NCBI GenBank assembly: GCA_024275415.1
Contig: JAJRZD010000055.1
Location: 1 to 15,176 of the forward strand
DNA: 15,176 nucleotides
Direction of reading: 5' to 3'
From: an archaeon
GTDB lineage: Archaea > Asgardarchaeota > Thorarchaeia > Thorarchaeales > Thorarchaeaceae
Positions 7,357 to 15,176 of the stretch are shown piece after piece. The first letter of the stretch is position 1. Each line of letters opens with the position of its first letter. The notes under the pieces were generated by a model that had not been told where the DNA came from, searched no databases, and saw only the letters and a list, made by a program, of their open reading frames with translations. A program made the translations under genes and the position numbers.

Positions 7357-7366
7357 CAATAAGAGC
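7357..7366 (-). promoter_or_regulatory. Putative TATA-like promoter element for the adkA unit
   Basis: GCTCTTATTG lies 37 nt upstream of the adkA ATG. An identical 10-mer occurs at 5170-5179, upstream of rpl14e. Confidence 0.45.
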
Positions 7367-7414
7367 ATGTTATATACATTCTGTAAATACTTGCGACGGC
7401 TCGTGGACAGACAT

Positions 7415-9379
7415 TCATTGCTCGGCAGCAGAGAGATACTCGCTTATCATTGCAGCGATTTGGTCGTCCGTGTAATGTTGTGAGCTAATTGCTCCACTTG
7501 GGCAGGTAGATGTGCATGTGCCACATCCCTTGCATAGTGCAGGATTGACTTCTGACAATTCACGCTCGTTTAATCTAATGGCGTTGTATGGACAGACTGA
7601 GATACAGACTTGACATCCAGCACATTTGTCTTCATCTACCACGCTATAGTATGGTTCGATGTTGATCTTTCCTTTGCCCATGAGGGCCATTGCCCCCGAA
7701 GCAGCAGCTTTTGCCTGTGCGACTGTATCGGGAATATCTTTTGGCCCCTGTGCCATACCTGCAACAAAGACTCCATCATTGAACGAGTCCACCGGACGCA
7801 GTTTGGGATGTGCCTCCAGAAGGAACCCATCGGGGGATGGGCTCAAGTTCAAAACCCGTGCAATATCCTTTGCTGTTGCTGGCGGAACCACACCAGTGGA
7901 TAGAACCACTAGGTCGATATCGTCTAGGATGATTGGCTTACCAAGTAATGTGTCCTCTGCACGGACAGTCAATGTGTTGTCGTCGTTCTCAATGACCTCA
8001 CCGACTCGACCTCGGATGAATGTGACTCCTGATTGCGCAGTCGATTCATAGAATTCCTCGTAGCCTTTCCCAAAGCTCCTAAGGTCGATGTAGAAGACGT
8101 ATATCTCCGCTCCCGTTTTGTCACGTATCATTCTAGCTTGCTTGATCGCAGTCATGCAGCAGACACGGGAGCAATACTTGTTGGTCAGATCATCACGGCT
8201 TCCTACACATTGTACATAGACGATCTTTTGAGCGGCTTTTGTGTCAGAAGGTCTGACGATACGTCCGTGCGTTGGTCCGGCAGAGCTGAGCATCCGTTCT
8301 ATCTCTCCCAGATTCAGGACATTGGGATATTCTCCATAGCCATATTCAGGTTTCTTTGTGGCATCAAAGAGCTCGAACCCAGTAGCAACGATGATTGTTC
8401 CAACCTCTACCTCGATTAGTTTTTCAGCATCATCATAATTGATGGCTTCGGCATCACACACATTCTTGCATTTGCCACATCTCACGGCATCGACGCCCAA
8501 GCAGTTTTCCATGTCTAAGAGGTACGATGACGGCACTGCCTGTGCGAAAGGAATGTAGATTGCCTTACGATAACAGAGGTTCGCATCGAACTCGCATGGG
8601 ACATCCACAGGACAGATGTCCGAACACTCTCCACAGGACGTGCATCTGTCAAGCTCGACATATCTTGGCTTCTGCCTTATCGTGACGTTGAAGTTTCCGA
8701 CAAATCCATCCACCTTTTCCACTTCTGCAAGAGTCAGTAGCTCGATATTGGGATGTGCTCCAACTTCTGCCATGCGCGGAGTCAAGATACAGGACGAGCA
8801 GTCCAGTGTGGGAAATGTCTTGTCCCACAGCGCCATCTTCCCCCCGATAGTCGCCTCCTTCTCGATGAGGTAGACTTTGAATCCTGCATTTGCAAGATCC
8901 AATGCCGCGGAAATCCCAGCAATCCCTCCTCCAATGACCATTGACGACCTTCTGATATCGACCACGGACTCCTTAAGAGGCTCAAGCAACCGTGCACGCG
9001 CTATCGCCATCCTGACGAGGTCAATCGCTTTCTCTGTGGCATCGTCAGGTTGATCCGAATGAATCCAGCTTACATGCTCTCGGATGTTGGCTATCTCTAA
9101 CATATAGGGGTTGAGACCTGCTTCTCGCATCGCCTGTCTGAATGTCGGTTCGTGCATACGCGGAGAACATGCAGCGATGACAACCCTGTCAAGCTTGTGT
9201 TTCTTGATAGTGTCCCTGAGTATCTGCTGTCCTGGTTTCGAACAGACATACTTGTAGTCTGATACATACTTGACATCTGGGAGGTTTTTAACAGCATCGC
9301 CCACAGATTCCACGTTCACAACACCGGCAATGTTTGATCCACAGTGGCAGATGAATACGCCAATTCGCTTTTCAGGCAT
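7415..9379 (-). CDS. hdrA: Heterodisulfide reductase subunit A (stand-alone, 654 aa)
   Basis: GVFICHCG N-terminal domain, FAD motif GGGIAGISAAL, DKTFPTLDCSSC, inserted 2x[4Fe-4S] ferredoxin, QCVGSRD..CSRVCC..K, AHPKLRP, GPKDIPD and a C-terminal ferredoxin. GAGG SD precedes ATG 9379. Confidence 0.95.
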   Translation of the reverse strand: MPEKRIGVFICHCGSNIAGVVNVESVGDAVKNLPDVKYVSDYKYVCSKPGQQILRDTIKKHKLDRVVIAACSPRMHEPTFRQAMREAGLNPYMLEIANIREHVSWIHSDQPDDATEKAIDLVRMAIARARLLEPLKESVVDIRRSSMVIGGGIAGISAALDLANAGFKVYLIEKEATIGGKMALWDKTFPTLDCSSCILTPRMAEVGAHPNIELLTLAEVEKVDGFVGNFNVTIRQKPRYVELDRCTSCGECSDICPVDVPCEFDANLCYRKAIYIPFAQAVPSSYLLDMENCLGVDAVRCGKCKNVCDAEAINYDDAEKLIEVEVGTIIVATGFELFDATKKPEYGYGEYPNVLNLGEIERMLSSAGPTHGRIVRPSDTKAAQKIVYVQCVGSRDDLTNKYCSRVCCMTAIKQARMIRDKTGAEIYVFYIDLRSFGKGYEEFYESTAQSGVTFIRGRVGEVIENDDNTLTVRAEDTLLGKPIILDDIDLVVLSTGVVPPATAKDIARVLNLSPSPDGFLLEAHPKLRPVDSFNDGVFVAGMAQGPKDIPDTVAQAKAAASGAMALMGKGKINIEPYYSVVDEDKCAGCQVCISVCPYNAIRLNERELSEVNPALCKGCGTCTSTCPSGAISSQHYTDDQIAAMISEYLSAAEQ

Positions 9380-9484
9380 CTTTGTTTTCCTCAAAGACAA
9401 ACTTGGTGATTTCTAGGCGTCTCTTTCCTCGAAATACCAGTCGAGCTTTTGTTTTGCGAAAAAACACCAGTAATAAAGGCTTGT

Positions 9485-9515
9485 GGCTCCTACAGGAAGC
9501 TGTCTTCTAGGAGCC
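9485..9515 (-). terminator. Stem-loop after hdrB followed by a T-tract; possible terminator or mRNA stabiliser
   Basis: Perfect 8-bp GGCTCCTA/TAGGAGCC stem with an inner GAAG/CTTC stem, 14 nt after the hdrB stop. TGTTTTTT follows on the minus strand at about 9466-9459. Confidence 0.45.
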
Positions 9516-9529
9516 AATGCCCGTGTTGA

Positions 9530-10435
9530 CTAGTGGGGTGTCGCATTCTCAATCTCTGGTTCGTTTTTTGCAACCAACATCCCTAGTGCCGAGAACTTGA
9601 CTCTGTGCTCTGAAAGAATAGACTCGACTCCCTCTAACCCCATCGCAGCAGCCAAGATTTCCGTGTAATAGTACACCGGCAGGTTGTATTTCTTGTCAAA
9701 CATCCTGTTCACTACCTTCTGCCCTGCCTCGAACGAAATGAAACAGGTGGGACAGAACACAACCGCTACTTCAGGATCCACCATCATCATGCTATCCATT
9801 TTCTCACGGAGCACACCGAAAGCAATCTCCCTATTTATTCCGCGCACTCCAGCTCCACAACACATGACCTTGTCCATATAGTCCAGCGATTCCATCCCTA
9901 TCGCTCTGACAAGCTCGTCAAGCTTCATCGGTGCCTCTGCATCATCGAGATTGAGGATTTTCTGTGGGCGCAAGGTGTGACACCCAGGATGTATCACCGC
10001 TCGATAATTGATTGGATACTGCACATTCCGTTGGATTTCTTCAATGCCGATATCCTCATAGAGTACCTGCTGAATGTGTCGCACCTCGACTTGGCCTTTG
10101 TACTCCTTCCCTATCTTCTTGAGCACCTTGTTTACTTCTTCCTTTTCAGAGGGTTTTGAATCTAGTACGTGCTTGGACATGCTCAGTGACTCAAAACAAC
10201 CTGCGCAAGCAGTCATAATGTTTACACCTGCCTCTTCTGCAAGTGCAAGATTGCGCGCTCCCATAGTGAGCCAAGTCTTGTCTGAGAATGACCTGACACT
10301 ATTGGGTTCAGGGCAGCAGGTAAATGGCAGATCAATCAATTCGATATTGAAGTGAGGGGCAATCATCCGAATGGACTTTTCAATGAATGGAAGCCTGTCG
10401 GATATGGTACATCCGGGGAATAGAGCGAACCTCAT
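9530..10435 (-). CDS. hdrB: Heterodisulfide reductase subunit B (two CCG domains)
   Basis: FPGC, TCCPEP, TACAGCF, HPGCH, MCCGAG, FCPTCF. ATGA overlap with the hdrC stop. Confidence 0.93.
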   Translation of the reverse strand: MRFALFPGCTISDRLPFIEKSIRMIAPHFNIELIDLPFTCCPEPNSVRSFSDKTWLTMGARNLALAEEAGVNIMTACAGCFESLSMSKHVLDSKPSEKEEVNKVLKKIGKEYKGQVEVRHIQQVLYEDIGIEEIQRNVQYPINYRAVIHPGCHTLRPQKILNLDDAEAPMKLDELVRAIGMESLDYMDKVMCCGAGVRGINREIAFGVLREKMDSMMMVDPEVAVVFCPTCFISFEAGQKVVNRMFDKKYNLPVYYYTEILAAAMGLEGVESILSEHRVKFSALGMLVAKNEPEIENATPH

Positions 10436-10926
10436 TCTGGCTCGACCTCCGCTTCTCGAAAACGCATCAATCTGTCTAGTGCTCCAGTCATCTCGAATAT
10501 GGTCTGCACCTCATCAACGTCTGGCTTTGGCAGTTCGGGGAGACCTAGCTCTCTACGTTTCTTCTCAGTCCGCTTCGATGCATGCGAAACCTTGCCTGTA
10601 AACCTGATAACATCCATCATCTCAATGATTGATGGAGGCACTTTACCATCATTAGCTGAAAGATTCTTGATGTCGATGAGGATCTCGCTGAGTGCAACCT
10701 CCATTGGGCATCGTTCCTCACACATCAAACAATATGCACAAAACCATTCCCTTCCTGTCATTGCGACGGTTCCAGTTCTAAGAACCTCGTCAACAGCCAT
10801 TCTTGGATTGAAATCAGGGGCTACACGAAATATCGGGCACGACGCAGCGCAAATGCCACACTGAAAGCAAGGCTGAGCGGAATGCTGTATCTCATTTATT
10901 CTATCTGCATCGGTCGTTCTCTCCAA
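10432..10926 (-). CDS. hdrC: Heterodisulfide reductase subunit C (2x[4Fe-4S])
   Basis: CFQCGICAASCP and WFCAYCLMCEERCP. TTG start with GGAGG SD inside the end of the upstream gene. Confidence 0.92.
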   Translation of the reverse strand: MERTTDADRINEIQHSAQPCFQCGICAASCPIFRVAPDFNPRMAVDEVLRTGTVAMTGREWFCAYCLMCEERCPMEVALSEILIDIKNLSANDGKVPPSIIEMMDVIRFTGKVSHASKRTEKKRRELGLPELPKPDVDEVQTIFEMTGALDRLMRFREAEVEPE

Positions 10927-10929
10927 CCT

Positions 10930-13470
10930 TTAGTCCTCCTTTTTCCTTTTCGTCTTTGTAGTCTTCTTTTTGCCTTTCTTGGTTCCTTGTGTTTTCGGCG
11001 ACCGTTTTGATTTTGCTTGCTTGCCGCCCTTTGTCTTGCCCTTGCTTTTTGCAGTCCGTTTCTTTCTTATCTCGTCTGCATGTTTCATGGCAATCTCAGA
11101 CATATCTGTCATTATCTGCTGCCATTTCTTTCCCTCTCCTGCGGAAACCCATTCAATTCTGAACCGTTCATCATTGATGCCTTTTCGTTTCATCCAGTTC
11201 CTGATGCGGGGCTCACGTTTTGCCATCCAGTGATTGCCTGTTTGGAAGTGGCAGTCCGCTGGTAGGTGACAGCCCGAGTACAAGACTGAACCAGCTCCGA
11301 GTTCAAAGGCACGTTGTGCGAACTTTACCGAGTACCTTCCTGAACACATGGCACGGATAACTCGGGCGTTTGTTGGATATTGCATCCTCGAAACCCCTGC
11401 TAGGTCGGATCCTCTATATGAGCAAAAAGCACATGCGAAGGCTACTATCTTCTCTTCGGGGTTCTCTTTCAGTGCGGTTTCTATTTGAGCAAAGATCTGC
11501 TCATTCGTGAAGTTTGGCATGACGATTGCATCTTTTGGACAGTCCCCAGCACATGTTCCGCATGCTTGACATAGGGCGCCCATGACAGTATATCTTCCAG
11601 TACCATCTTGGATAATAGCGCCGTAAGGGCATCTTTTCACGCATGTTCCACAGCGACTACAAATATCCTGTTGTATTCTTGCGCTGAGTGCCTCTATAGG
11701 ATATCTCCCGCGCTGAAGTATGATGGATGCTCGTCCTGCTGCTGCGCTTGCCTGTATCACCGAATCTCGGATATCTTTTGGTGACTCTGCCCCACCACAG
11801 ATGAACACTCCAGCAGAGCTTGTATCCACAGGTCTAAGCTTTGGGTGTGACTCGATGTAGAATTTGTCCTGCGTTACTGAAATTGGCAGTGGGACGTTCC
11901 CTGCCACCCCTTCAGCCCCCATCGACAGTATCACCATATCAAAATCGACCAGTAGGAGCTCGTTGTGGGTTGTGTCCTCAACACTGATACGAAGGTTCTT
12001 CGTATGAGGATACTCTTGGATTTCGCCTACTCTCCCGCGGATGAACTTGATACCTTCTTCTCTTGCCTTGTGATATTGATCCTCAAAGTACTTTCCATGC
12101 ATCCTGAGATCCTGATAGTAAATCACAACCTCTGTTTCAGGATAATGCTCCTTGATGAGCAAGGCGCACTTGACACTTTCAGCACAACAGAAATTCGAAC
12201 ATCCCATACGCGTGTGGATGTCTCTAGATCCCACACACTGTACGATTGCTACCGATTTCGGTTTGGTTATGTCTGACGGCCTGACAAGTTTTCCCTCGGT
12301 AGGTCCTGCAGCATTAATTAGTCTCTCGAACTCGAGAGATGTGATGACGTTCGGATACCTGCCCCACCCCAATCGTGGTATCTTCTTGGGATCAGCGGGT
12401 TCGAATCCAGTAGCGATGATGATGACACCGACCTCGAACTCTATGATTTTGTCCTCGTCCTCTGGGATGACCGCATGTTGTTCACATTTTTCATAGCATT
12501 TTCCGCACCGAAGCAGATCCATTCCCAAGCAAGCCTCTGGGTCTATCACATAAGATGAAGGAACGGCCTGAGGAAATGGGATATAGATTGCCTTCTTCCA
12601 TGTCAAGTTCTGATCTACCCTGCTGGGAATATCGACCGGGCAGACTTCGATACATTCCGCACATGCGGTACATGCATCAGGATCTACGTACCTTGCCCGT
12701 TGTCTTACGCGTACTGAAAAGTTGCCCACATATCCTGAAACCTCATCTACCTCAGCCATGCTGATGACTTTTATATTCGGGTGCTGGATAACATCCACCA
12801 TTTTTGGGCCAAGGATGCATATCGAGCAATCGTTCTGTGGGAATACCTTGTCAAGGATTGCCATTATACCCCCAATAGTGGGTTCTTTCTCGATTAGGTA
12901 CACCTTGTATCCCATATCAGCTAGGTCAAGAGACGCTTGCATCCCTGCTACTCCCGCTCCCACCACCAAGGCGGAAGGGGTCACGGGCACATCGAGTTCT
13001 GGCTGGGGTACCAAAGATGTTGCTTTTGCCACCGCCATTGCGACAAGCTCTTTTGCCTTCGTTGTTGCTCCCTCGGGGTCTTGCTGATGAACCCATGACA
13101 CATGTTCACGGATGTTAGCCATGATACAGAGATATGGGTTAAGCCCAGCTCCTTTCACCGTCTTCCTAAATGTATCCTCATGCATGGTTGGTGAACAGCT
13201 CGCCACTATGATACGATTCAGGTTATGCTCACGAATAGCCTCTTGTATCTCCTTCTGCCCTGGATCTGCGCATGTATAGGTGTTGACCTGAACGTGCACA
13301 ACACCTGGAAGAGTCTTTGCATATTCGGCAACAGTATCAATGTCTACAACCGCGCCGATATTCTTTCCACACTTGCACGGAAAGACTCCGATGCGAATCT
13401 CACTTTCAGCCGCTTCAACTTTTGGTTCTACACCTGTTCCTGCATCGGATACGGAATCACTTGTTGTCAT
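10930..13470 (-). CDS. hdrA: HdrA-MvhD fusion protein with an acidic N-terminal extension and a Lys-rich C-terminal tail
   Basis: Full HdrA architecture (GVFPCKCG, GAGVAGMQASL, DKVFPQNDCSIC, QCVGSRD..CSNFCC, ESHPKLRP, two ferredoxin domains), followed by an MvhD [2Fe-2S] domain (FACAFCSY..MCSGR..GCHLPADCHF..WVSAGEG). Start is ATG 13470 or TTG 13473. Confidence 0.93.
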   Translation of the reverse strand: MTTSDSVSDAGTGVEPKVEAAESEIRIGVFPCKCGKNIGAVVDIDTVAEYAKTLPGVVHVQVNTYTCADPGQKEIQEAIREHNLNRIIVASCSPTMHEDTFRKTVKGAGLNPYLCIMANIREHVSWVHQQDPEGATTKAKELVAMAVAKATSLVPQPELDVPVTPSALVVGAGVAGMQASLDLADMGYKVYLIEKEPTIGGIMAILDKVFPQNDCSICILGPKMVDVIQHPNIKVISMAEVDEVSGYVGNFSVRVRQRARYVDPDACTACAECIEVCPVDIPSRVDQNLTWKKAIYIPFPQAVPSSYVIDPEACLGMDLLRCGKCYEKCEQHAVIPEDEDKIIEFEVGVIIIATGFEPADPKKIPRLGWGRYPNVITSLEFERLINAAGPTEGKLVRPSDITKPKSVAIVQCVGSRDIHTRMGCSNFCCAESVKCALLIKEHYPETEVVIYYQDLRMHGKYFEDQYHKAREEGIKFIRGRVGEIQEYPHTKNLRISVEDTTHNELLLVDFDMVILSMGAEGVAGNVPLPISVTQDKFYIESHPKLRPVDTSSAGVFICGGAESPKDIRDSVIQASAAAGRASIILQRGRYPIEALSARIQQDICSRCGTCVKRCPYGAIIQDGTGRYTVMGALCQACGTCAGDCPKDAIVMPNFTNEQIFAQIETALKENPEEKIVAFACAFCSYRGSDLAGVSRMQYPTNARVIRAMCSGRYSVKFAQRAFELGAGSVLYSGCHLPADCHFQTGNHWMAKREPRIRNWMKRKGINDERFRIEWVSAGEGKKWQQIMTDMSEIAMKHADEIRKKRTAKSKGKTKGGKQAKSKRSPKTQGTKKGKKKTTKTKRKKED

Positions 13471-13532
13471 CAAATCACATCTTGGAAGCTAGTTTCCAAT
13501 CATCCGCACGAATGAACGATATCCCAAACGAA

Positions 13533-13540
13533 CACCATGC
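13533..13540 (-). promoter_or_regulatory. Putative TATA-like element for the hdr operon
   Basis: CCTTTATT lies upstream of the hdrA-mvhD fusion. The same 8-mer occurs at 9472-9479, upstream of the second hdrA. Confidence 0.4.
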
Positions 13541-13671
13541 AAAATAAAGGTTCAGAAAACTATCATTAAGTCAAAGCATATGGTCAATGAAAGACATCGA
13601 GCCCTGTTGGTCGTACCGACTATATTCGTAGTATTGGAAAGAATGAAATCCACAAATGCCTGCTTACGCAT

Positions 13672-14298
13672 ATGTTGGATCTGTCTATTGCCGGACCTGC
13701 CATCGCTGCGCTTGCTGTGACGGATGTCGCTTTTCACCTCCACCTCGACTTTCAGAAATCGAAGTCAAGACATGAGGGTATGTTCTTGGAGCCATCAACA
13801 GACATCCCTTCAGGACCGATGGCAGCTGCCGCAATATCCACATTACTCTCATTCTTGCTGGTATTCGTAATCATCGTATCATGGATTACAGGACTCGGTG
13901 AATCTCTTGTACTGGCACAATATCCATTATCCCAAGATATCCCCGATATCTTCTGGATTCTCGGATTGCTACTGTTCACCATCGGCATCACTCTCCACAC
14001 TTGGTCTCGCTTCCAACGGCAAGAGATGGCTACGTCGTGGGACATCCGAAGTGATCAAAAGTTGATAACGACAGGTCCTTATGCCAAAATCCGGCATCCT
14101 TCATACTCCTCCTACTTTATCTGTTTCATCGCGCTCTTTCTGCTGATGCCAACGGTCGTCAGCGCTATCCAATTCATGGGTTTCTGGGGGTATGACCAGA
14201 TTGCAAAAAAAGAAGAGGAAGCTCTCATCCATCATTTTGGTGAGGCATACACCGAGTATATGAATCACACTGGAAGATTCCTTCCACGAATAAGATGA
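13672..14298 (+). CDS. Isoprenylcysteine carboxylmethyltransferase / PEMT-family membrane methyltransferase
   Basis: Several hydrophobic helices, LITTGPYAKIRHPSY and EEEALIHHFGEAYTEYMNHTGRFLP are family signatures. The substrate cannot be identified from sequence. Confidence 0.85.
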   Translation: MLDLSIAGPAIAALAVTDVAFHLHLDFQKSKSRHEGMFLEPSTDIPSGPMAAAAISTLLSFLLVFVIIVSWITGLGESLVLAQYPLSQDIPDIFWILGLLLFTIGITLHTWSRFQRQEMATSWDIRSDQKLITTGPYAKIRHPSYSSYFICFIALFLLMPTVVSAIQFMGFWGYDQIAKKEEEALIHHFGEAYTEYMNHTGRFLPRIR

Positions 14299-14384
14299 AC
14301 GATATCCTCAGCAGAATCTAACCACACTACCAAAAGCGTAAAAAAGCACTCGGCAATCAGTTCGGTATCCTTGGAGGCTAGAAG

Positions 14385-15158
14385 ATGCCTGGAAAGGTTT
14401 GGTCTTATATTACAAAGAAGATAGAAGACGAAGGTGCCTTGCACTTTTCCCTTCTTGATCCTGACCCACTATCGGTTGAAATCGACACTGTGGTTGAGCA
14501 GGCACGGCTTGTAGAGAAAGCTGGTTCTGATGGGATCATGATAGGGGGCAGCACAATCTTCGGATATATTGACGAATCAGTCAAGGCAATCTCTGATGCC
14601 GTAGACATTCCCACAATCCTTTTCCCTGGCAATATCTCTGGAGTTTCCAAACATGCAGACGCGATGTTCTTCATGAGCCTCCTAAACAGCACTAACCCTT
14701 ACTGGATTGTCGGTGCACAGGCACTGGGTGCCGCAGGAGTAAAGATGTCAGGTCTCGAAACCATCCCGATGGCATACCTGATGGTCGCCCCAGGAAAGAC
14801 AGCGGCATGGGTTGGCGATGCAAAGGTATTCCCGCGTGACAAGCCTAAGATCGCGTTGATGTATGCGCTGGCTGCCGAGCTCATGGGCTTCAAGCTTGTG
14901 TATCTAGAAGCTGGAAGCGGAGCCGAAGGTGGTGGGGTTCCAAGCGAGATGATATCTATGGTTTCCCAATTCGCGGACATCCCTGTTATCACAGGTGGCG
15001 GATTCAACACGAAAGATGATGTTGTCCGTGGTGTGAACGCAGGGGCATCGATTGTGGTACAAGGTACCTATATCGAAAAGAACGTTCTGGGCGATAAGGG
15101 AGCTGAATTGCGAGAAATTATAAAGAGCATCAAGGATGCCGGGGCGAAAAAGACCTGA
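14385..15158 (+). CDS. Geranylgeranylglyceryl phosphate synthase (group II GGGPS)
   Basis: HFSLLDPD, GIMIGGS, LFPGN, SLLNSTNPYWIVGAQ, AYLMVAPG..AWVGDA, YLEAGSGA, TGGG, VVQG. GGAGG SD is present. Confidence 0.95.
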   Translation: MPGKVWSYITKKIEDEGALHFSLLDPDPLSVEIDTVVEQARLVEKAGSDGIMIGGSTIFGYIDESVKAISDAVDIPTILFPGNISGVSKHADAMFFMSLLNSTNPYWIVGAQALGAAGVKMSGLETIPMAYLMVAPGKTAAWVGDAKVFPRDKPKIALMYALAAELMGFKLVYLEAGSGAEGGGVPSEMISMVSQFADIPVITGGGFNTKDDVVRGVNAGASIVVQGTYIEKNVLGDKGAELREIIKSIKDAGAKKT

Positions 15159-15176
15159 TTTACGAAGAAACCGGTG

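Noticed and set aside
6117-9515. SECIS interpretation of the hairpins at 6117-6148 and 9485-9515
   Set aside because: No UGA-containing gene is nearby, and the hairpins lack a clear AUGA/GA quartet or the archaeal GAA/A internal-loop geometry.
7415-13470. Selenocysteine in HdrA or MvhD
   Set aside because: Neither reading frame has an in-frame TGA. The DCSxC positions are TGC/TGT Cys and the MvhD Cys motifs are intact.
1-15176. CRISPR arrays, IS elements/transposases, tRNA or rRNA genes
   Set aside because: No repeat-spacer periodicity, terminal inverted repeats, transposase motifs, cloverleafs or rRNA signatures were seen.

Overview
Archaeal chromosomal housekeeping region. An Asgard (possibly Thorarchaeia-like) origin is an inference from protein features and is not proven. 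+ strand start: 3' end of uS13, then uS4 and uS11, with no rpoD following. Next is an RNA-maturation block: tiaS, a coupled 16-Cys tandem zinc-finger gene, divergent tsr3, and a type A RNase P RNA gene that the ORF track misses. A minus-strand remnant of the spc-operon tail follows (adkA, DUF106/EMC3-TMCO1-like insertase, eL34, cmk, eL14, cbf5), then a minus-strand heterodisulfide reductase cluster (hdrA-mvhD fusion, hdrC, hdrB, second hdrA). The window ends with a + strand ICMT/PEMT-family methyltransferase and GGGP synthase. Most striking observation: both nucleotide monophosphate kinases (Cmk and AdkA) carry a single in-frame stop at the same structural position (last beta-strand Asn+2). 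In each, an intact, homologous-looking C-terminal helix continues in frame and a small mRNA hairpin lies downstream. This is a candidate for programmed readthrough or recoding, but sequencing error or recent nonsense mutation is not excluded. No mobile elements, CRISPR arrays, tRNAs or rRNAs were seen.
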